A stretch of DNA of 64,000 nt from Candidatus Kerfeldbacteria bacterium (GTDB lineage Bacteria > Patescibacteriota > Patescibacteriia > SBBC01). The translations under genes and the position numbers were made by a program. Numbering within the stretch: position 1 is the stretch's first letter; every line of letters starts with the position of its first letter. Below the pieces are notes generated by a model. It was not told where the DNA came from. It searched no databases and worked only from the letters and a program-made list of their open reading frames with translations. The stretch lies in the NCBI GenBank assembly GCA_016207275.1, contig JACQPY010000017.1, positions 2,479 through 66,478 of the forward strand, read 5' to 3'. Shown piece by piece: positions 37,558-45,354 of the stretch.

Positions 37558-37715
37558 TCTCTCCTCACGGTGCAGCAGTTGAGTACGGATCGAGTCCGGG
37601 TCCCATGAAATCCTAAGCGGATTTCATGGGTGCCCTTTCTGGCCGGTTCGTTGCGGTTAAGGCATGGAAAATCTTGAAAAAAAGGTTTTTTTGTGGTACA
37701 GTCCAGCGGATTACG

Positions 37716-39371
37716 GCTATGGTACGTGCCCTCTGGCGAAAGCTGCAAACGACGGTTACTGGCGGCGCGATTCTCGTCTCGAGTTCGTGGTTTGTTTCCA
37801 AACTGCTTGGCTTCTTGCGTGAGCGGATGATTGCGGCCAAGTTCGGCGCCTCGTTCGAAACCGATGCCTACAACGCGGCGTTCGGGGTCCCTGATTTCAT
37901 TTACGGGACGCTGATTTTAGGTTCGCTGCTGTCCGTTTTCATCCCGGTGTTCATCCGCTACCGACAGCAGGAAGCAACCGAAGCCTTCCGCGTGGCCAAC
38001 TCGATTCTCAATGTGATAATTCTGATTTTCTTGGCCAGCGGTCTGGTGCTGTTTGTGTTCGCGCCACAGATTATTAGCTTGATCGCGCCGGGGTTTGACA
38101 GTGGCCGTCTAACGTTGGCCACCACCATGACGCGGATCATCGCCGTCAACATTTTGCTGTTCGGTGTTTCGAACGTTTTGTCCGGTATGCTTAACGCCGC
38201 CCGGCAGTTTTTGGCTTTTTCGATTGCGCCGGTACTGTACAATCTCGGGATTATCTCCGGCATTGTCTGGCTGGTGCCGACGCTCGGCATCGTCGGGGTC
38301 GCGGTGGGCGCGATCATTGGCGCGGTCCTGCACGTCCTAGTCCAGGTGCCGGCAGTCGTTCGAACCGGCTTCCGCTACCAAGCCGTGCTCGACCTTCGTC
38401 ACGCCGGCGTCCGCGAGATCGGTCGGCTGATTGTCCCGCGGGCCTTTGGTCAGTCGGTCACCCAGCTCGACCAGCTCATCAACCTGATTATCGGCTCGAC
38501 CCTGGCCATTGGCAGCGTCACTATTTTCCGCTGGGCGACGAACATTCAGGATTTGCCGGTGACCTTAATCGGGGTGTCGCTGGCCACCGTTGTCTTTCCG
38601 GTGTTTAGCGAGGCCTTGGCCCGCGACGACCGGCCGACGTTTGTCGAGCACTTCTCCCGGGTGATTCGACAGATTCTGTTCCTGATCATTCCCTTGTCGG
38701 TTCTGTTTCTGCTGCTCCGCGCCCAGGCCGTCCGCGTCATTCTTGGCGCGGGACGATTTGATTGGCCAGCCACTATTCTGACGGCCAATACCCTGGGTTT
38801 TTTTGCCCTTTCGTTTTTTGCCCAATCCTTAATTCCGGTCCTAGCCCGCTCGTTCTACGCCCTGCGCGATACCGCCACCCCGGTTAAGATTACGGTCGTG
38901 GCAGTAGTCCTGAACATTCTCGGCTCGCTGCTGTTGACCAGGGGCTTTAGCCTGGGTCCGTGGGACGTGCCGGCCCTCGGTGTTCGAGGTCTGGCTTTGG
39001 CCTATTCGATCTCGAGCGTCATCGGCATGCTGCTGATGTACCTGACCTTGCGCGTTCGGCTCGGCGACCTTGACGACGATCGCGTCGTCCGCACCACCGT
39101 CCGGGTGCTGCTGGCCAGCGCCTTGATGGCACTGGTGGTACAAGGGGCGAAGTATACCATCGTTGAGGTGTTCGGCGTGACGCTGGCCACCGGCGTCGGC
39201 GTCTTAACTCAATTGCTTGTCTCCGGGGTGGTCGGCGGAGTGGCCTACTTGGCCTTTGCCGTGTTCTTGCGCCTGGATGAGGTCACCCTGATTCGCGATT
39301 GGCTCTCGCGGGCGCGGTTCAGTTTGTTCAACGGCCGCGGGACCGAAACCAAGCTGTCGCATGATCGCTGA
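37716..39371 (+). CDS. murJ: lipid II flippase MurJ
   Basis: MviN/MurJ family, 14 TM. The start may be 37626. Confidence 0.85.
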   Translation, partial: AMVRALWRKLQTTVTGGAILVSSSWFVSKLLGFLRERMIAAKFGASFETDAYNAAFGVPDFIYGTLILGSLLSVFIPVFIRYRQQEATEAFRVANSILNVIILIFLASGLVLFVFAPQIISLIAPGFDSGRLTLATTMTRIIAVNILLFGVSNVLSGMLNAARQFLAFSIAPVLYNLGIISGIVWLVPTLGIVGVAVGAIIGAVLHVLVQVPAVVRTGFRYQAVLDLRHAGVREIGRLIVPRAFGQSVTQLDQLINLIIGSTLAIGSVTIFRWATNIQDLPVTLIGVSLATVVFPVFSEALARDDRPTFVEHFSRVIRQILFLIIPLSVLFLLLRAQAVRVILGAGRFDWPATILTANTLGFFALSFFAQSLIPVLARSFYALRDTATPVKITVVAVVLNILGSLLLTRGFSLGPWDVPALGVRGLALAYSISSVIGMLLMYLTLRVRLGDLDDDRVVRTTVRVLLASALMALVVQGAKYTIVEVFGVTLATGVGVLTQLLVSGVVGGVAYLAFAVFLRLDEVTLIRDWLSRARFSLFNGRGTETKLSHDR

Positions 39372-39455
39372 CGCCGTCCGCATCCGGAATTTTTGTCTTA
39401 CCCCGCACCAGTCCTGGCGGCGCTTGGACGACGCGGGGCAGGTTGCCCACGGCCT

Positions 39456-41231
39456 ATGACCGCATCATCCGAGAAGATTCGAAACTTCTGCATTATTGCA
39501 CATATCGACCACGGCAAGTCGACGTTGGCTGACCGATTCCTCGAGTTAACCGGGACCGTGCCCCAGCGTGAAATGCGGGAACAAGTGCTCGACCAAATGG
39601 ATATTGAGCGCGAGCGGGGGATTACGGTTAAACTGGCGCCGGTCCGAATGGCCTGGCACGGGTACGAGCTTAACTTAATTGATACGCCAGGGCACGTCGA
39701 TTTTGCCTACGAGGTGTCCCGCTCGCTGGCCGCCGTCGAAGGCGCACTGCTGGTGGTCGACGCCACCCAAGGTATCGAGGCCCAGACGATTGCCAACCTC
39801 AACCAAGCTCGCGAGGCGGGTTTGACCATACTGCCGGTCGTCAACAAAATCGACCTGCCGAATGCCGACGTGATGAACGTCAAGACCGAGTTGGTAAACG
39901 TACTGGGATGTGCTGAACAGGATATTATTGAGGTCTCCGCCAAGCTGGGCACCAATGTTGAGCAATTGCTTGATCGCGTGGTCGAACGAATCCCCGCGCC
40001 AACGATTGGCAGCGGGACTGGTAGTCGGGCCTTAATCTTCGACTCAGTCTACGACGATTACCAAGGCGTCGTCGCCTTTGTCCGAGTGGTCGACGGCCTC
40101 TTTCGGCGCGGCGGCTCCGTACGGTTTGTGGCCACCAGCGTGGCCAGTCACGTGCTCGAGGTCGGTCGGTTTTCACCGCGGCGGGTGGTTACCGAGGAGC
40201 TCGGCGCCGGCGAGATCGGCTACATCGTCACCGGCGTGAAGGACGTGCGGACCGTCCGCGTCGGCGACACGATCGCCGACGCGGCGGTGGCGCCGCTGCC
40301 CGGCTACCGTGAGGTTAAGCCAATGGTTTTTGCTGGCGTCTTCTGTCAGGAGGGCGACGAGTATCCCAAGCTCCGAGAAGCACTGGAAAAACTGCGACTG
40401 AACGACGCCGCCTTAACGTTTGAGCCGGAGCACTCGCCGGCACTCGGTTTTGGTTTTCGCAGTGGTTTTCTCGGTTTACTACACCTTGATATTGTTCAGG
40501 AGCGCCTGAAGCGAGAATTTGGCTTACGGTTAGTCGTAACCGTGCCGTCGGTCGCCTACCAAGTGACCAAAACTGACGGCGCCACGATCACGATTCATTC
40601 GCCACTTGACTTACCCGATCCGTCGCACATTCAGACCATTGCCGAACCGCTGATGCGGCTCGATGTCGTTTGCCCGGCCGCCCGGCTCGGACCAGTCATG
40701 CAATTCATCACCCAGCGGCGCGCTCGCTACCGTAGCACCGAGTACCTTGATGAGTACCGCGCGATTCTCCACTACGACATTCCGCTGACGTCGCTGCTGG
40801 TTGATTTCTATGATACACTCAAGAGTGTCAGCTCCGGGTACGCCTCGATGAACTATGAGTTTCAGGCGTACCAAGCAGCGGCGGTAGTTCGGCTCGATCT
40901 CCTGGTGGCTGGCGAACGCGTTGAGGCTTTGGCCACCCTGGTCTACCGCGACGAAGCGTACGCCCGCGGTCGACAGATCGTCGAACGGTTAAAAACTATC
41001 CTGCCCCGCCAGCTCTTTGAGGTTCGACTGCAGGCGGCCATCGGTGGAAAAATAATCGCTGCCGAGACCATCCCGGCCCTGCGCAAGGACGTCACGGCCA
41101 AGCTCTACGGCGGCGACGTAACCCGCAAACGCAAGCTTTTGGAAAAACAAAAGAAAGGGAAGCAGCGGATGAAGCTGGTGGGCAAGGTTGATATCCCGCC
41201 GCGGGCGTTCCTCGAGGTTTTACGTCGGTGA
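39456..41231 (+). CDS. lepA: elongation factor 4 (LepA)
   Basis: IRNFCIIAHIDHGKSTLADR G1 motif. LepA C-terminal domain. Confidence 0.95.
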   Translation: MTASSEKIRNFCIIAHIDHGKSTLADRFLELTGTVPQREMREQVLDQMDIERERGITVKLAPVRMAWHGYELNLIDTPGHVDFAYEVSRSLAAVEGALLVVDATQGIEAQTIANLNQAREAGLTILPVVNKIDLPNADVMNVKTELVNVLGCAEQDIIEVSAKLGTNVEQLLDRVVERIPAPTIGSGTGSRALIFDSVYDDYQGVVAFVRVVDGLFRRGGSVRFVATSVASHVLEVGRFSPRRVVTEELGAGEIGYIVTGVKDVRTVRVGDTIADAAVAPLPGYREVKPMVFAGVFCQEGDEYPKLREALEKLRLNDAALTFEPEHSPALGFGFRSGFLGLLHLDIVQERLKREFGLRLVVTVPSVAYQVTKTDGATITIHSPLDLPDPSHIQTIAEPLMRLDVVCPAARLGPVMQFITQRRARYRSTEYLDEYRAILHYDIPLTSLLVDFYDTLKSVSSGYASMNYEFQAYQAAAVVRLDLLVAGERVEALATLVYRDEAYARGRQIVERLKTILPRQLFEVRLQAAIGGKIIAAETIPALRKDVTAKLYGGDVTRKRKLLEKQKKGKQRMKLVGKVDIPPRAFLEVLRR

Positions 41232-41357
41232 TTAGAAACCCGACAGGCTGATCAGCGGCAGGACGGTGAAGATGATCATGCCGGCGATCATGACGATCGA
41301 TACCACGATCCAAAAAATGTGAAGTCGACGACTGCGTTTCATATAAGCTTCTGATGT

Positions 41358-41996
41358 ATGCTCCACGATCAGCTTAGCAAAAATTTGAAAGAAGGGGAAA
41401 CCTTGGTCAAACTGGTCCGTCGCGACCTGCTGGCCAGCCTCCCCGCCCTGATCGTTGCCGCGTTCGTGGTCCTAGTTGATTTTTTTCTGCTGGCGTTTTT
41501 GGTCCGTCACGGAACATGGGGTTTGACCGTCTTTGTGGCCGGGCTGGTCGCCGCGCTGGTTATCGGTCTACGCACCTTGGTCGAGTGGCGTCTCAATGCG
41601 CTGCTGATTACGAACGAACGGATCATGCACGTCCACCAGCGAGGCTTTTTTAATCGGATGGTGGCCGAAACGACCTACGACCGGGTGACTGACGTCCGCT
41701 CGACGGTCAAGGGCGTGCTCCAAACTGCACTCAATCTCGGCGCCGTCGAGGTGCAAACAGCCGGCGAAGGAGAAAATCTTCGCCTGACTGGGGTGCGTCA
41801 CCCGCCCCAGATTCAGGCGTTGCTGACCAACATTCTGCGGGCGGCCAAGCAGGACACCGCGGCCCCGCTGACCGCCCAAGAGCTGGTGGCGGCCCTGACG
41901 AAGGTTAAGCACGAGCTCGGTCCGGCCGCCTTTAACGACATCATTTCTCGGGTCGCGCCCAACCATGACGGTCACCACCCCCGTCCTCATGCATAG
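41358..41996 (+). CDS. membrane protein with bacterial PH-like domain (DUF304/bPH_2-like)
   Basis: Two N-terminal TM helices, then a soluble domain. Confidence 0.45.
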   Translation: MLHDQLSKNLKEGETLVKLVRRDLLASLPALIVAAFVVLVDFFLLAFLVRHGTWGLTVFVAGLVAALVIGLRTLVEWRLNALLITNERIMHVHQRGFFNRMVAETTYDRVTDVRSTVKGVLQTALNLGAVEVQTAGEGENLRLTGVRHPPQIQALLTNILRAAKQDTAAPLTAQELVAALTKVKHELGPAAFNDIISRVAPNHDGHHPRPHA

Positions 41997-42039
41997 ACGG
42001 TTTTACGCAGCTGGGCTATACTAGCGGTCGTCGACGCCT

Positions 42040-42456
42040 ATGAACCGGGCGAGGTATCGAGATCGTCTCAAACAGGCGCTCCGCTCGCGGATGCTGACGC
42101 TGGCGTTGCTGATCCTCGCCGGCCTGATCAGTCTGGCTCTCGGCCGCGAAGTGGCCCGTTACGTGGCGGTTCGCCAAGAACTAGAGCGTCTGACCAGTGA
42201 GATTACGAACGCTGAGTCGTCAACGCAGCAGCTCGAACACGTGCTGGCGTCACTCAAAAGCACCACCTTCCAGGAGGGTGCGGCCCGCACTCGACTGAAC
42301 CTCCAAAAGCCCGGCGAGAAGGTGCTGGTCATTCCCAACGTGTCGAGCACTAACCAGTCAATACGTGAAGCTGAGCCAACTGACGGTTCGCCGGCAACCG
42401 AATCGAATACGCGACGGTGGTGGAAGTTCATCTTTACCGCACCTCAATCATCGTAA
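42040..42456 (+). CDS. septum formation initiator (FtsB/DivIC-like)
   Basis: N-terminal TM, coiled coil, conserved LNLQKPGE motif. Confidence 0.65.
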   Translation: MNRARYRDRLKQALRSRMLTLALLILAGLISLALGREVARYVAVRQELERLTSEITNAESSTQQLEHVLASLKSTTFQEGAARTRLNLQKPGEKVLVIPNVSSTNQSIREAEPTDGSPATESNTRRWWKFIFTAPQSS

Positions 42457-42461
42457 TACCC

Positions 42462-43511
42462 ATGATCTCCGTGGCAAAAAATACTGCGAATTCGTCAGGG
42501 TCGAAAAATAACACCGCCCCGCTTGCACCGCGGCGGCGAGTGTTCATCGCCTTCATCGTTGGTCTCGTTATCGTGCTCGTGCTCGGGTTAGGAACCTTAA
42601 CCGCCGGCGTCTATGCGGCCCACTGGAGCTCACCCGTAGTTAAGCGTATCGTCCGTCTGGTCCCAATTCCGGCGGTCTCGGTCAACGGTCGCTGGCGTTC
42701 CTACTACGATTTCCTTGATGCCGTCGGAACGCTGGAGTATTCGTTTAACCAAGAGGCGGTCCGCCAGGCCAGCGGCTTAACCACCAAGCCGCCACGCCCG
42801 CAGATTCAGACGATCGTGCTTGATCGCTTGGTCAAGGAGGAGTTGGTCCGTCAGCTCGCCCGTCGACGCGGCGTGACCGTCAGCACCGCCGACATCGAGG
42901 CCGAAATGCAGAAGCTGATTGAGCAATCGGGGGACGCCGCGACGGTGACGGCGCAGATCAAGCAACTCTATAACTGGGATCTGGCGACGTTCCGACAGCG
43001 TGTCGTCGAGCCCTATTTACTGCGTCAGCGCCTGCAGGAGAGTATCGCGGCTGACGAAGCGATCAATAAAGCTGAAGCCGAGCGGGCACAGCAGCTGCTT
43101 GAGCGGGTCGAGCGCGGCCAGGAAGACTTTCAAGCCATTGCCCGTGAGGTAAATGACGACGTGACCAAGGGCACCGGCGGTGATCTTGGCGTCTTTGGCC
43201 GAGGCGAACGCGAGGCGGCGTTGGACGAAGCGGCTTTTGGTCTCGAGGTTGGCCGGACCAGCGGTATCGTCCGCAGTCGTGAGGGGTTTCACCTACTCAA
43301 GGTACTGGAAAAGATCCCGGCCGACGAGAAAACCGGCGACGGTGAGCGCGTCCACGTCGCTCACATCTTCGTCAGCGCTAAACCGCTCGACCAGTGGTTG
43401 TACGAGCAGGCGCAGCAGTACGACGTCACCGTTTTTATTACCGGCTTCCGCTGGGATCGAAGCACGGCCCAGGTCATCGCCGCCACCGGTTCCGCCAACG
43501 CCGCCCCGTGA
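42462..43511 (+). CDS. peptidyl-prolyl cis-trans isomerase (parvulin/PpiC-type, SurA/PrsA-like)
   Basis: C-terminal PpiC domain (GGDLGVFGRGE...GFHLLKV). N-terminal signal/TM. Confidence 0.75.
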   Translation: MISVAKNTANSSGSKNNTAPLAPRRRVFIAFIVGLVIVLVLGLGTLTAGVYAAHWSSPVVKRIVRLVPIPAVSVNGRWRSYYDFLDAVGTLEYSFNQEAVRQASGLTTKPPRPQIQTIVLDRLVKEELVRQLARRRGVTVSTADIEAEMQKLIEQSGDAATVTAQIKQLYNWDLATFRQRVVEPYLLRQRLQESIAADEAINKAEAERAQQLLERVERGQEDFQAIAREVNDDVTKGTGGDLGVFGRGEREAALDEAAFGLEVGRTSGIVRSREGFHLLKVLEKIPADEKTGDGERVHVAHIFVSAKPLDQWLYEQAQQYDVTVFITGFRWDRSTAQVIAATGSANAAP

Positions 43512-43684
43512 GCAGCGATCACGGAGCCACTGCCCCGCCGGTCGAAGCACCGTGGAGCCAGCGGTGGCCTCGGACCACCGTCGGGGGGAACGCACGACCA
43601 CTGTTGTTACCTGTCCGCCAGACTTGGAGCCACCTGTCCCGCCCAGAGCGGGACGACCGCTGCTTTACCTGCCCGCCGATCGCC

Positions 43685-43760
43685 TGGAGCCGATGGTCGG
43701 AGTCGAACCGACAACCTCTCCCTTACGAAGGGATTGCTCTACCAGTTGAGCTACATCGGC
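43685..43760 (-). tRNA. tRNA-Thr (anticodon CGU), CCA encoded
   Basis: Cloverleaf GCCGATG/CATCGGC acceptor, TTCGACT T-loop, anticodon loop TTCGTAA. Confidence 0.85.
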
Positions 43761-43935
43761 GCTCGGCGACAGGCAGGCGGGCGAAAGCATTACTCCCTGC
43801 CCCGTACCACGCGAGCTTTGCGAGCGTCGGTGCGGGGTACCAACTGAGCTAAGGTGGCCAGCCAGACGGGCGACGGGATTACTCCGCCAGTTGAGCGACA
43901 TCGGCCCTCGTCGAAAAGGACGATAGCACGCACCC

Positions 43936-44712
43936 ATGGTGGCGTCAATTGAAACAGCAGCACCGCGGCGGGATCGAACGGCGTCCGCCGCGCAATCGTT
44001 TTTCCTGCGCGGCGGTCGGACCGGACTGTTGTTGTTGCACGGTTTTGCTGGCTCGATTGCCGATCTGCGTCAGTTAGGCCAGGCCCTTAATCAGCGCGGG
44101 TACACGGTACTCGGGACACGGCTGGCGGGCCACGGTACCTCAATCGACGACCTTCACCGGACTGTGGCCGAAGATTGGATTGCCGCCGCCCGCACCGCCC
44201 TGCATTCGTTGGCGGGCCAGGTTGACCGGTTGGTGATTGTCGCTGAATCGATGGGTGGCCTGGTGGCGTTGCGCTTGGCCCGCGAGCATCAGCGGGTGTT
44301 TGGTCTCGTGCTCTTGGCGCCGGCCGTGGCCCTAAAACACGAACGCGTCCGCGCCGCGGCCAGCCAGTTCCTGCCCGCTAAGCTCAAATGGCGAAAGCCA
44401 TGGTCGACGCCGGCGCGTGAGCAGCGCGGTTCGCTGCCGGCCGTGACCGCGGCGGCCTACCGCCAGCTGATGCGGCTGCTGCGCGCTGAACGGAGTCGAC
44501 TCAGTCAGATTCGTGTGCCGATACTGGCGCTGTTCGCCCGCCAGGATTTTGTAACTGATCGGCGTGCCCGCGAGGTACTTGAGCGCCGCGTGCCGGAAGC
44601 GCTGCTGACCGTCGAGACGCTCGATGCGGTGACCCACCATCTCGGTGAAACAGCTGCGCTGCCGCACGTGGTCACGGTCGTCGATCGCTTTATCCAACAA
44701 CAAACTCGCTGA
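43936..44712 (+). CDS. alpha/beta hydrolase (esterase/lysophospholipase-like)
   Basis: GxSxG nucleophile elbow (AESMGG). HGFAGS oxyanion region. Confidence 0.7.
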   Translation: MVASIETAAPRRDRTASAAQSFFLRGGRTGLLLLHGFAGSIADLRQLGQALNQRGYTVLGTRLAGHGTSIDDLHRTVAEDWIAAARTALHSLAGQVDRLVIVAESMGGLVALRLAREHQRVFGLVLLAPAVALKHERVRAAASQFLPAKLKWRKPWSTPAREQRGSLPAVTAAAYRQLMRLLRAERSRLSQIRVPILALFARQDFVTDRRAREVLERRVPEALLTVETLDAVTHHLGETAALPHVVTVVDRFIQQQTR

Positions 44713-45120
44713 TTTCACGAAATTGCATATTCGTGGTATACTGAAACTTCTTGAAGTTCCACGTTTTTAGGTATCAAAAGTATCAAAGAACATTTGTCTC
44801 ACCCCCCACCCATGGTTACTGTTCGGACCTTGGTTAAGGCGGAGCGGGCCGGCAGAGAAAATTCGTCCCGCCCGACAGCCGGACTGATCAGAGCGGGAAA
44901 CAGGACTCCAACCCGCGAGCTTCTGTGCCGCCGGCCAACCCGGCCACAATTTTTTGGCCAGAAAAATCAAAGATGGAGCGGGAAACGGGACTCGCCACTC
45001 CGCGCCGAACGTCGTCGGCGCTCCGGGCCGCGGCTGCGGGAATTTCGTCTCCCAGACGAAGCGTCCTCGCCGTTCGAGTCCCTTTCGGATAGCTCAATTC
45101 GTCCCGCCCGGCGGGACGGG

Positions 45121-45193
45121 AGCGGGAAACGGGACTCGAACCCGCGACCTTCTGCTTGGGAAGCAGACGTTCTACCAGCTGAACTATTCCCGC
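45121..45193 (-). tRNA. tRNA-Gly (anticodon CCC)
   Basis: GCGGGAA/TTCCCGC acceptor, anticodon loop TTCCCAA, T-loop TTCGAGT. CCA not encoded. Confidence 0.85.
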
Positions 45194-45354
45194 GTAAGCA
45201 CGTTGGTTGGAAAGTAACGCCTTCTGGCAGCGTCGGGCAGGTTGGGGGGCAGTCATCCCGCCGACCTTCGCCTCCGGCGAAGCCGAATGGCGGACAGGTC
45301 TTCGGGCGGAACTACGCCCGCCCAGAAGCTAATCTTCGGCGAGTATACCGCGCC

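Noticed and set aside
37347-37840. Minus-strand ORFs 37347..37748 and 37613..37840 between the island and murJ
   Set aside because: They span the CRISPR-like palindrome and the murJ promoter/start, have odd composition, and lack an RBS.
41234-41344. Possible 36-aa minus-strand membrane peptide (MKRSRRLHIFWIVVSIVMIAGMIIFTVLPLISLSGF) between lepA and the PH-domain gene
   Set aside because: It is plausible (clean hydrophobic helix, ATG start) but has no clear RBS or promoter, and it lies in a short intergenic region. It is left as unconfirmed rather than called.
43665-43937. Minus-strand ORF of 90 aa containing AQLVEQSL / GSTP peptides
   Set aside because: It is a translation of tRNA-Thr and of tRNA-like fragments. 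It is not a protein gene.
44794-45354. N-terminal ~185 codons of the 718-aa ORF 44794..46950
   Set aside because: This part of the frame runs through the tRNA-Gly and pseudo-tRNA fragment array. Its translation is low-complexity Arg/Pro/Ser-rich. The credible protein (signal peptide, DPBB, S11 motifs) begins near 45355.
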